A DNA stretch of 64,000 nt, from positions 197,346,001 through 197,410,000 of the forward strand of contig NC_042997.1 of assembly GCF_006345805.1 (NCBI RefSeq). The letters are read 5' to 3'. Positions 14,157 through 25,687 of the stretch are shown in pieces. Position 1 is the stretch's first letter, and every line of letters begins with the position of its first letter. The position numbers and the translations under genes are program-made. A model generated the notes under the pieces. That model was given only the letters and a program-made list of their open reading frames with translations. It did not search any database and had not been told where the DNA came from. The stretch is from Octopus sinensis. Taxonomy: Eukaryota.

Positions 14157-14522
14157 AATCATACTCTTTACTCTTTTACTTGTTTCAGTCATTTGACTGT
14201 GGCAAATCGACCCCAGGACTTATTCTTTGGAAGCCTAGTACTTATTCTATCGGTCTCTTTTGCCAAACTGCTAAGTTACGGGGACGTAAACACACCAGCA
14301 TCAGTTGTCAAGCGATGCTGGGGGGACAAACACAGACATATACACACACGTACACATATACATATATACGACGGGCTTCTTTCAGTTTCCGTCTACCAAA
14401 TCCACTCACAAGGCTTTGGTCAGCCCGAGGCTATAATAGAAGACACTTGCCCAAGGTGCCACACAGTGGGAATGAATCTGGAACCATGTGGTTGGTAAGC
14501 AAGCTACTTACCACACAGCCAA
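14157..14522 (-). mobile_element. tRNA-derived SINE family A (internal TA/TG microsatellite). Other copies: ~20890-21285(-), 45405-45880(-), 47930-48290(-), 52150-52490(-), 52660-53110(+), 53880-54272(+), 61765-62150(-), 62905-63355(+), plus many fragments
   Basis: Head GGAGTGGCTGTGTGGTAAG...GGTTCAGTCCCACTG (A/B-box-like), shared body, GTAAAAGA tail repeats. Confidence 0.85.
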
Positions 14523-17095
14523 TCCTGCTAAATATCCCCTTTTTTTTTTATCATTACATGTAATGAGAAATAGGAACAAAAGGGTTTTATGCTCACTATT
14601 GTGTTAGCCTCCACTGTTTACAGTTTATTTTTCTAATTACTCAATTCACATTTGTGTTTTTAGGCACCAAATGGAAAAGCTTATTAGTTCACTCAGAGTA
14701 CTTGGTTTAATTTCACCATTGTCACAATCATCATCATTCAACATCCACTTTCCATACTTGCATGGTTTAGACAATTTGATATAAGATCCAGCAAACTGGA
14801 GGGCTGCAATGAGCTCCAATGTCAGCTTTGACACGGTTTCTACGTCTGGGTGCTCTTCCTAACACCAACTATTTTACAGTGTGTACTGGGTGCTTTTCTC
14901 AAGCCACTGGCCCCTGATGAGGTTGCCGAGTAACTTGCAAGACAGGAAAAGGGCAGAATAAAAAGAAAAAGAGAAATTACTATCGACTAGGTGCAAAGAA
15001 GTATTTGGAAGAGGGGTTTTTTATGCCACGTGTTGAGAGGCTAATGTATGACAAAAGGGTAAGTGCAAGTATCTTGTTATGAAGAAAATACATGACACCT
15101 CATGTTCTTTTAAAAAAATAATTAATGATTTTTTTTTTTATCATTACATGTCATATAACATTTGTTGTGGAGGTACAAACATTTTCTAGAGGTGTAGTAT
15201 ATAGCAAAAGTTGTGAACCACTGCTGTAGAGTACAATTCGAGGGAGATTTAGCTGTTAGTTCTAACAGGCCAAAAAAATAAATCATGCAGAGATTCCCTG
15301 GTTAGATGTTTCAAAAAGCTAATGGTAAATCAATATTCTTGTCTTTGATATACATTACTCAGCTATTTTAATAATGAGTTATCATGGATTAGGATGTTAT
15401 ATTCTGTATCAAAAACTGTATAAAGGGAACGTGTCTAGCAGTTGTTGCTTGCAGGACCAAGCTGTCGACTGATTTATCAACCATTAAAATGAAAAAGAAA
15501 CAGTCCATATGTAGGAACTGAATTAAAATATGGCATGCTTGATTTCACTACGCATATTTTGGTCTGCATATATTAAATATAACATTTCAAAGTCTTAGCT
15601 GAAACTTATTAAAATTTCACAACAAAGAAATACCAGAGGCATAAAGATTAAAGTTCTTTGTTTAAATGGTGGGGGGGAAAAAAAATTATGAATTACCATC
15701 AGTTGTTTTTGCTGTAAATAAAAGTCAGCTATGAGAAGAAGAATGGAATGAAAGAAAAAAGAAAAAAGAGAGAGTTTTCTAGTTTCAAAATGTTAAATTT
15801 AAATGCAAAGTATTCTCTCAAAGGATTTCTTCAGTAAGAAATCAACGACTTGGTCTTGAAGACAGGAGTTGGATCACCGTACCTGAGGCAGAATTGGTCT
15901 GGAAAAACAGTGCTAATTACATGAAATAAGAATGTCAGGATTCAAAGAAATAAGATGTTACCACTGCAACAAATGTAATCTTAATAGTCTCTCTCCCTTT
16001 CTCTCCTCATATACACACAATTATAATTATCAGAAATAAAAATTGCCACATTCAAAGTAACATCACATATACACACATATACAATGTTAACATTTTATCT
16101 TCATTTGTTTATGATTTTATTCATAAATTATAATAAACAATTCACACAAATATACATATCATTAACAGTAACATACAAGCTATACAAACACATATATATA
16201 CATACACACACATACATATACATACACATTTTACATGTAAGTCAATTTCTGATTGGAGACTAAAGTAACCTTACACAAAATGCAGAAATCAAACTACTTA
16301 ATTCAAAGAAATGCATACATCCACACCATTAAATAAAGAGAAAAGTTAAACATGCAATCAATTCAAGAACTAATTAATTGACTGTTTCCATGGTGATTTA
16401 ATGGCAACTGTGCAAAGAGAGGTGAGATTTACAGTGAAAAAAAAATAATCAGACAAATTAGAGAACTGAAAAAGCATTTCTTGCGACACATGGTGAGAAC
16501 AAACATTAAAAGAAGAAAAAAAAATGCAAATTTATGATGGATTATTAGACAGAAATGAAGTTAGAGAAATATTAAAATGAAAATTATATTTTCTTATTTA
16601 ATTACATTTTATTGTTCTTTTTATTAGAGTTTTTTTTCTGTGTTGGTCATTAAACAAAAATAGAAATGAAATTAATCCAATTTCAACAGCATTAGCCCAC
16701 ATCAACTAACGACATTGTCATCTGCTCAATGGTATGCAAAAATATTTTTTTTCAATTCCACCATCATCGTTTTAATATCTGTTATCTGTCCTTGCATGGC
16801 TTAGAGAAGATTTGCTGAGGCAGATTTTTCTGGAGGTTGATGCCCTTCCTGCTATCAACTCTCACTTGTTTCCAAGTAAGATAACATTTTCCCCCAAGTC
16901 TGGGCAGGGAAAATTGGAAGCAAATGACACGGCTTGCAGGAGAGTAAAGTTTGTTTACAATTATCATGTGATATCAAAACAAAGAAAACACACACACACA
17001 AACAAATGATGGGCATCTTTTCAGTTTCTGTTAACCACATTAACTCAGAAGGCCTCAGTCCACCTTGTAGCTAGAGTACAGGAACTATAGTAAAG

Positions 17096-17325
17096 GTGGC
17101 GAGCTAGCAGAATCGTTAGCACGCTGGGCAAAATGCGTAGCCGTATTTCGTCTGCCGTTACGTTCTGAGTTCAAATTCCACCGAGGTCAACTTTGCCTTC
17201 CATCCTTTCAGGGTCGATAAATTAAGTACCAGTTGCGCACTGGGGTTGATGTAATTGACTTAATCCCTCTGTCTGTCCGTGTTTGTCCCCTCTTTGCTTA
17301 GCCCCTTGTGGGCAATAAAGAAATA
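17096..17325 (+). mobile_element. tRNA-derived SINE family B. Copies: ~13553-13758(-), 38376-38600(+) with partial tandem copy 38601-38790, 46040-46270(-), 55555-55795(-)
   Basis: Head GGCGAGCTGGCAGAA...GAGTTCAAATTCC and conserved core GTCGACTTTGCCTTTCATCCTTTCGGGGTCGATAAA..AGTACCAG. Confidence 0.85.
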
Positions 17326-17332
17326 TATAGTA

Positions 17333-18225
17333 CAGGAGTCACCAAACTCTTTTACATGGTGGACCAGATAACTGAGAGAATGGCATGTGCAGGCTGCATA
17401 ACCATTTTGTCCAATTACAGTACAATGAATACACAAAAAATAAAAACAACCAGCTTATTTATTTACCCAAAAGTTACCAAAGAAGGCGACATTAGCAATA
17501 AGATCGTTATATCACACTCAGTGCACACATGTCTGAATCTCACAAACTAAGCAGCAAAAAAGGTTAGTGAGATTAGTGAAACTGGTGTTTAGCTTTTAAG
17601 AAACGACAAAATATCTGTCTGTCTCTGTGTGTGTGTGTGTGCGTGTCCTTTATACAAATCCACAATTTTTCAGTTAGAGGGCTCGCACTTTCTATGGTCA
17701 TTCAAAACTATCCAAGGGTTGTCATGCACATCTTTACATTTCCCCAGTCACCCAACAAATCCATTAAAAAAATCAATAGAAGTGACTTTTTTGTGAATTT
17801 TCTATCCAAAACACAATCAAAATGCCCAAAACTTGATACGCCAATTGAAAGCTTGCCATCTGTATGTGATTGGCTGGAGATTTGGACAGTACTCGCGTGT
17901 ATGTGAACATGCACACAGCTGTATATGCATGCACCAGCACTATGACCCGGCATTGCTGGGTCATAGTGCTAGTCATCAATATTTGCTTTGGAATTGCTGC
18001 ATCCAACCAAGAGAATTGATTCCAAATGTTCATCAATCAACCTCGTTAGATGGGCTGACTTCACATTCTTCATTATTGAAAATGTTAGCTCACAGACATA
18101 AGTTGTTCCAAACACTGATGCCATACCAGAGGCAAATGAACTAACTACAGGTATTTACACAAAAGGTACAGTGCGGCAGTAGGCCGGATGAACTGACCCT
18201 GTGGGCCATAGTTTAGTGACCCTTG
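17333..18225 (-). mobile_element. Internally deleted hAT (Charlie/SPIN-like) element with a transposase C-terminal remnant
   Basis: TIR CAGGAGTCACCAAACT / AGTTTAGTGACCCTTG; TSD ATATAGTA/CTATAGTA. 17970-18140 encodes FGTTYVCELTFSIMKNVKS..TRLIDEHLE (hAT dimerisation motif). Confidence 0.8.
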
Positions 18226-18481
18226 CTATAGTAGAATACATCTGCGCACTTGCTGCTGCATAGCACTGGGACTGAAACTGAAACCACAAGGTTGCAAACC
18301 AAAGTTCTTAACAACACAACTTACACAAAAGGTACAGTGCAGCAGTAGGCCAAATGAACTGACCTTGTGGGCCATAGTTTAGTGACCCTTGCTATAGTAG
18401 AATACATCTGCTCACTTGCTGCTGCATAGCACTGGGACTGAAACCACAAGGTTGCAAACCAAACTTCTTAACAACAAAACC
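18155..18481. repeat. Tandem duplication, period ~166 bp
   Basis: 18155-18320 repeated at 18321-18481. Confidence 0.9.
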
Positions 18482-18604
18482 TTACCTATGAAACCTAATA
18501 CTGTAGAAGACCATCAAGTTGGCTGTCACAACAATACTTCAGCAATGTCTTAAAGAATTTAACACACGAGAAGCCAGGCTTCTCTCACCATTTATGTATC
18601 TTAC

Positions 18605-18710
18605 CTTCAACTCTTTTTTTCACTTCTCGTTGCATTTCAAAAAGCTTCTTCTGTTGTTCAAGGTACTGCTTGATAAATTCGCTTTGCCCAGCAACTTCAT
18701 CGTTCTGCAG
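18605..18710 (-). CDS. Coiled-coil exon LQNDEVAGQSEFIKQYLEQQKKLFEMQREVKKRVE
   Basis: Acceptor tgtttttAG, donor GTAAGA, 106 nt phase 0 to 1. Continues into EEELRRKQRE. Confidence 0.8.
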
Positions 18711-21700
18711 CTAAAAACAACCAGGAAGAAGTTTTTAAAAAATCAGCCTTGCAGACTAATTAGACATCTGAAGAAGGGGAGATGGATATAAAACAGTTAA
18801 GTGATTTCTTTTCTGCTTTAATTAATAAACATGTCCAACAATTAGAACTTATAATGTACACAATACAAAATATACAATCATAATTATTCTTTAATCATCC
18901 ATCAGAAGAAATACAGATGTTAAATATATTGAACAATATACAGAATTATCAATGACAAAATTAAAATGTTGTTGAAATAAAAATTACTAATTTTAATAGT
19001 TTTTTATAATACAATAAAAATTAACATCAATGCAGAAGAATTGAGAAAATAAATTATTTTACGATGCCAGGTATGTCCATCAAAACTTTTAAATATGAAG
19101 GCATTACATTTGATATTAAAACATAATCTTTAGAAAAATGTCAAGCAACAAAATTCAAAATTCTTATATTTTTCTTATATTTATATACGTGTATGATGTA
19201 TGTTATATATATATATATATATACATGCATACACTAAATGAGTAAAAGAAAAAAAAGAGAGTAATAGAATCAAAGAGAAAAATTGTTTCCACTAAATATA
19301 CATGAATTGTGTGTATGTGTAAGTATGTATATGTATTATTTATCTCAGCATTAATGAGCTTAAGTATTATAAATGAACAGTCAATGTTTTAATACAAATG
19401 ACATGAGACATCATAAGCAGAAAAAAAGCACCAGGCATGGTGAGAATCTCCAAACGAGGTATTACTTGTGGTGAAAGCACATGGCTTAGTAGTTAGGGTA
19501 CTCACCACACGATCGTAAGGCCAGGTAGTTCAATTCCTGGTGGAGAGTTGTGTCCTTGACCAAGACACTTTATTTCACATTTGCCTAATTCACTAACCTG
19601 GCAAAAATGAGTAGTAACCATATTTCAAAGGACCGGCCTTGTCACATTTTGCGTCACGCTGACTCCCCCAGAGAACTATATTAAGAGTACGCATGTTTGT
19701 GGAGTGCTCAGCCACTTGCATGTTAACTTCACGAGGAGGCTGTTCTATTCTTTTATTGTTTTACTGGTTTCAGTCATTGGACTGCAGCCATGCTGGACCA
19801 CTACCTTAAAGGGTATTAGTCGAAGAAATCGATCCCAGAACTTATTCTTCATAAGCCTAGTACTTATTCTATCGGTCTCTTTTGCTGAACCGCTAAGTTA
19901 TGGAGGACATAAACACACCAACATCAGTTGTCAAGCAATGGCAAGGGGACATACACAAATATATATATATATATATGCCTGACTGGCTCCTGTGCCGGTG
20001 GCACATAAAAAGCACCATTTGAGCATGATTGATGCCAGTGCCTCATGACTGGCTCCACTGCCGGAGGCATGTAAAAAGCGCCATTCAAGTGTGATCGATG
20101 CCAGTGCCTCCTGACTCCCCTCACTGCACATGCCGGTGGCACATAAAAAAGCACCCACTACACCCTTTGCGTGGTTAGTGTTAGGAAGGGCAACCAGCTG
20201 TAGAAACCTTGCCAGATCAGATTGGAGCCTGGTGCAGCCTCCAGGCTTGCCAGTCAAACCGTCAAACCCATACCAGCATGGAAAGTGGACACTAGACGAT
20301 GACGATGATGATATATGACAGGCTTCTTCCAGTTTCTGTCAACCAAATCTACTCACAAGGCTTTGGTCGGCCTGAGACTATAGTAGAAGACACTTGCCCA
20401 AGATACCATGCAATGGGACAGACAGGCTCCTCTCCAAAAATTTTGAGCCTTGTGCCTAGAGTAGAATATTTGGCCATGCTCTCTGCATGGAGTTCAAACC
20501 CTGCCAAGATAAACTTTGCATTTTTATCTTTTCAGAGTGGTTAATAATCAATCCCCATTACTGTCGTCTGTTTTTTTTTTAATATTTAAGCCTGGTACTT
20601 AATCTATCAGTCTCTTTTGCCAAGCCATTAAGTTACAGGGATGTAAACACACCAACACCAGTTGTTAAACAAGGAGTGGAGGGGAGATGCAAACACACAC
20701 AAGCATGTGCAGGAGTGCATGCACGACAGGTTTCTTTTCAGTTTCCATCTACCAAATCCACTCACATGACTTTGGTCAACCTGAAGCTATAGTAGAAGAC
20801 ACTTGCCCAAGGTTCCACACAGTAGAACTGAACCTGGAACCATGTGGTTGGGAAGCAAACTTCTTACCGCACAGCCATGCCCACACCTCTTTTACTCGTT
20901 TCAGTCATTTGACTGTGGCCATACTGGAGCAGTGCTTTTAGTCGACCAAATCGACACCCAGGATTTATTCTTTGTAAGCCTAGTAATTATTCTATCAGTA
21001 TCTTTTGCCGAACTGCTAAGTTATGGGGATGTAAACACACCAGCATCGGTCGTCAAGCAATGTTGGGGGGGGGGGACAAACACAGACACACAAACATATA
21101 CTCACACATACATATATATACATACAACGGGCTTCTTTCAGTTTCCGTCTACCAAATCCTTCACAAGGCTTTGGTCAGCCCGAGGCAATAGTAGAAGACA
21201 CTTGCCCAAGGTGCCATGCAGTGGGACTGAACCCGGAACCATGTGGTTCATTAGCAAGCTACTTACCACACAGCCACTCCTACACCTAAAGACAAAAAAA
21301 AACTATAATTTACTCCAACCACTGTTTTTCTCGTTAGCATCACCTAATAAGATTCAGCCATTTCCCTCTCTAATTAGCAGTTCTTGTATTGCATATACTT
21401 AATTAAACAAAACCTTATTTCCTAAGGCTACATTCCTGACATGAAAATTACAAATATGCAAAAAAGACTTTCTCTTCATCCAGTTTATAGAGAGAAGAAA
21501 TACGTATGCTTCTAATTCCTCCAAACTTTCTTCATGCTTAACAGCTACAGAAGTAGTGCTTAGGTTACCTAGGGAACAGAATTAATCACATTAGTCTATA
21601 TCAGTGGTTCCCAAACTGTGGTCCGCAAAGGTAGTACTGGGAGTCCTTGAACTAAATTCAAAATTTCATATATATATATATATATATCACCGTGACCGAC

Positions 21701-22379
21701 CAAGCTATCAGATGTTGCTACACATCGCTGGTCACAATGTGCTTCGCATTGTTTTAGCCTTCAAATGATGCCACCCCGCTGGCTAAGCGAGCAGGCCAAC
21801 AGAAGAAAGAGTAAGAGAGAGTTGTGGTGAAAGAGTACAGCAGGGATGGCCACCACCCCTGCCGGAGCTTCGTGGAGCTTTTAGGTGTTTTCGCTCAATA
21901 AACACTCACAACACCCAGTCTGGGATTCGAAACTGCGATTCTACAACCGCGATTCCGCTGCCCTAACCACTGGGCCATTGCGATCTCTATATATTTAAAC
22001 CAGAAGTTGTCTGTGTATGGCAGGTTTGGTAGCCTTCAACTAATACTATCTCCTCCAAGACCCTGCAGCGCAAGTTGACCAAAATTGAGAGTATGATAGA
22101 AGGCTTGCTCTTCCTTCCGTAGAAGAAAAATTTCAAATCGGACCATGTTAACACCAAAAATTATTTACATCAAAATGGTGCTTTTTTTCTATGAAAATCC
22201 CTATTTTTTACGATTTTTTGACTGCCGTGTCGCCATTTTTCGGTGTATTTCAACCGGAAAAATGTTCACTTAAAGAGAATAACAAGCTACATAATGCAAA
22301 AATTTTTACTTTTCAAAAATTCCAATTCTAAAGGGTCAAAACAAACCCGAGCAACGCCAGGCAATACTGCTAATAAAAG

Positions 22380-22955
22380 GATAAAATTAATCAATTAAAT
22401 TAATTAATTAATCAATCAATCAATTAATTAATAATTTTACCAAGTAGATCAGCATGTTAAAATAACCTTTATAGGTAAAAATTATACAAATATTTTATAA
22501 TTATAAACATAATTATAATTAGGGTTCAGCTAATTATTTCACCACATACCGAATTTAGAAATAGCATACACGTGGGTATAGGGAATGAATAGTGTATTCA
22601 CATTCGGCTCTGTAAATTTTGGAAGTGTTGGTTGGATATCTGTTACCCGATGTAGCTGGATCGTGTGCACTTTCAAATTTTATAATTGGAAATGCTACGC
22701 TGAAGAGAGAACTAAGTAAATTTTTAAACACTTTAATCTCGAAACACGTATGTAGTTAATCCTGGTCGTGTTGATTCATTGTTTTTCTCTCTCCCTACGT
22801 AAAAAAAGTATGTTACTGTCATGGAGATTCTTACAGTAGTAGAAAAGGAATTTCTAACTCCTATTTCTAAATTCGGTATGTGGTGAAGCAATAAGCTGAA
22901 CCCTAATTATAATTATGTTTGTAATTATAAAATATTTATATTTATATATATATAT
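22380..22955 (+). mobile_element. Non-coding element with ~75-bp inverted segments flanking a hammerhead motif
   Basis: 22489-22564 is the reverse complement of 22861-22936 with a few mismatches; ends in (TA)n. Confidence 0.7.
22695..22755 (+). ncRNA. Minimal type I hammerhead ribozyme motif
   Basis: Stem I CTACG/TGTAG; core CTGAAGA (22700-22706); stem II GAGA/TCTC; GAAA (22741-22744); C-AC-G-T-A giving a GUA cleavage triplet. Confidence 0.7.
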
Positions 22956-22968
22956 ACACACACATATA

Positions 22969-24131
22969 ATAATAATGTTCGTCCTTCGGTTCGAAGATGA
23001 CCAACTGACATCATCTGATGGAACTGCCGCCATGAGACCGGAGGTGGCTGGTGAGGCCAATCCGGGCAAGGAAGCCCCTCCCACAGGTGGGGCAGAAGTG
23101 GGTAGGGGCAGTGCTACTGGTGCAGGCGGCTCTGACTTTACGCATCTGACGTTTCTGCTCCGCTGACCGAATCCGTCCCTCCTCGGCTGTCCCTGCTCCC
23201 ACGGTGATTGCGCTGCGCCAGGATGAGCGGTTGGCAGCAAGTGTCTCCCAGGTCTCTGTTCCGATGGAGAAGTCTTTGAGAGAGACCTTGAGACTATCCT
23301 TGTAGCGCTTTTTCTGCCCTCCGACTTTGCGCCTGCCCTGGCCGAGTTCACCGTAGAAGAGCTGTTTTGGGATGCGAGTGTCGGACATGCGGGAGACGTG
23401 GCCCGCCCATCTCAGCTGGGCCTTGCGCATGATTGTGATGGTGCTAGGGAGATCTGCCTGCTTCAGAACTTCCGTGTCTGGGACTTGGTCCTGCCAGCGG
23501 ATGTGAAGGAGATTCCGAAGACACCTGAGATGGAAGTGGTTTATCTGGCGCTCGTGCCTTCGGTAAGCAGTCCACGTCTCGCAGCCGTATAGTAGAGTGG
23601 TAAGCACGACTGATCGGTAGACTTTCAGCTTGGTGTTGAGGCTGATTCCTCTCCGCTCCCAGACTTTCTTTCGCAGTCTCCCAAACGCGCTGCTTGCCTT
23701 GGAGATTCTGTTGATGGTTTCAGCATCTATGTTGGCATTGCAGGAGAGAGTGCTGCCCAGGTAGGTGAAGTTTTCCACCACTGCACAAGATCTCCAGTCA
23801 CGTATGGACAGTAAGCTGTTGGACATTCGGAGTGACCAGTCCAGCATCGATGAGCAGTGGGAATCATTCAGGGACACGGTTCATTCCATCGCCCTTGAAA
23901 CTCTGGGCCAAATTACGAGGAACCACCAGGACTGGTTCGACGAAAACGACCAGGAAATCCAAAAGCTCCTGGAAGAGAAACGCCGTCTGCTGCGGGCTCA
24001 CCAAAATGACACCACCTGCACGGCAAAGAAGGCCGCTTTCAACAACATTCGCAGCACAGTCCAGGCTAAACTCCGCCTCATGCAAGATGCATGGTTAAGC
24101 GCCAAGGCGGATGAGATTCAGGGATACGCAG
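22969..24131 (-). mobile_element. Young RTE-clade LINE with 5' inversion and internal deletion
   Basis: Minus 22969-~23785 has an intact C-terminus (FTYLGS, LLYGCETW, LRWAGHV, CPTCGRGF..RIGLTSH) and an (ATT)n tail. Plus ~23785-24131 encodes the APE-RT linker (WESFRDTV, HQDWFDEND). Candidate TSD ACACACACATATA at 22956-22968 and 24132-24144. Confidence 0.9.
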
Positions 24132-25609
24132 ACACACACATATATATATATAAGGATAAGCATATTAAAAGGGGTCCATAGGAATACTCATTTAACTAAA
24201 AGGGGTTGGGAACCACTGGTCTATATATTTTGGATAAAGACTTAAACCATTGTTTCGAATGCAGTGCTTCTCAACTGAGGTCCATATGACTCCTGAGGAT
24301 CCATGTAAGATTTTTAGGGGTCCACATAAACAAAGTAGTAAATTGGATCCATAGTATTATTTTGAATGCTAGAATCGTTGTGTCCCACCCACTCTACCCT
24401 AAGAAACCGAACAACTCCTCCACTTCTAAACTGCATCTTCCTCTTCTACACATTTCCTCTTCATAAACCATGATTGTCTTTCAATCCCCTTTCTTGCCCT
24501 CATTGCCCTGCTCAATGTATCACTGCTCCCTCCCACCCCCAACACTCACACCTTAATTTTCTACCCAGGTTCGATGCTCAGATCCTTATTACTTGTGAGC
24601 ATACCTTAGCCCAACATCATCTCTCTCCTGCTCTCTCTTACATTTTTGTTGTTTCCTACTCTCTCCTACTTGTTTTTCCTCTGACTAGATCACCAAGTAT
24701 CTTCTTTACATCAGCACACTTCTTTCTGGCTGCTTTCTTGTACTTCCCTCACTAAGTAACCATGTACTTCCTCTTTAGCAAGACACCTATTTCTGCCTCT
24801 CTATTCTCCTGTTACATTCGAACCTTTCATCATCTGATACTGGCTCACCTCCTCTAAGGCACCCTCTGTTGTGGCACATCTACTTCTCTCTCTCTTTGAC
24901 ACACTCTAACCTCTCATCCTCTGACACAAGTTTCCCTCCTCAAATGCCCCTGCCCCTCTCATAATTCCTTGTCTTGCAAGTTACTTGGTTACCCTGCCAG
25001 TGCCGGTGCCATGTTAAAACCATCCAGTCCACATGGTCGGCGTTTGGAAGGGTATCCAGCTGTAAAAATCACGCCAAAACTAACCTCGCCCGTGCTAGTG
25101 CCACATAGAGAGTACTGAGTCCACTCCGTGAAGTGGTTGGTGTTATGAAGGGCATCCAGCCGTAAAACTCCTGCCAAAACAGACACAGTAGCCTAGGGTA
25201 GTTTTTCTATGTGGCTGGCTCTTGTCAACCATCCAACCCACGCATGCATGGAAGATGGACATTAAATGATGATGATGATGATGGTGATGAAAAAGCTTTG
25301 CTGTAGATGTATTATTTATTGCAAGAAACAGGTTTCTCAAACGTTTTTACATATTTCAACCAACACAAGTGAATGTGTGATGAACAAAATAGGTATTTTG
25401 AAAGAAGTATCTATAAAACTAGCTCTTATACATCAAATGGCTATTGGCCCCACCAGAATAAAATAATCATCAAAGGGGCCCATAGAAGAAAAAAAATGGT
25501 TCAAAATCACTGTTTTAAAGCATTTAGCAAACTTGAATCTCTTTCCATTGACAGTTTTTGCATTCAGTTCTAAAGTACCTACTGAGATTTGTAAAATTAT
25601 GCAGCTTAC

Positions 25610-25687
25610 ATAAAGATCATACTTATCAATCAAACTATGACAAATTCTTGCATTCTTTGCTACTTCCAAACAAATATTTAGAAAAAT
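25610..25687 (-). CDS. Candidate exon IFLNICLEVAKNARICHSLIDKYDLY
   Basis: Strong donor GTAAGC, phase 0 end fitting exon 18605-18710. The acceptor is ambiguous: the AG 7 nt upstream gives stops in all frames, so the 5' boundary is uncertain. Confidence 0.5.

Larger units (their letters stand above)
21602..24218. mobile_element. Non-autonomous hAT element with four nested insertions
   Basis: TIRs CAGTGGTTCCCAA...TTGGGAACCACTG; exact 8-bp TSD GTCTATAT at 21594-21601 and 24219-24226. Confidence 0.9.

Noticed and set aside
14914-14950. CTGATGA followed by a weak hairpin
   Set aside because: Lies in a family D repeat, with no GAAA-stem III-UH in the right place.
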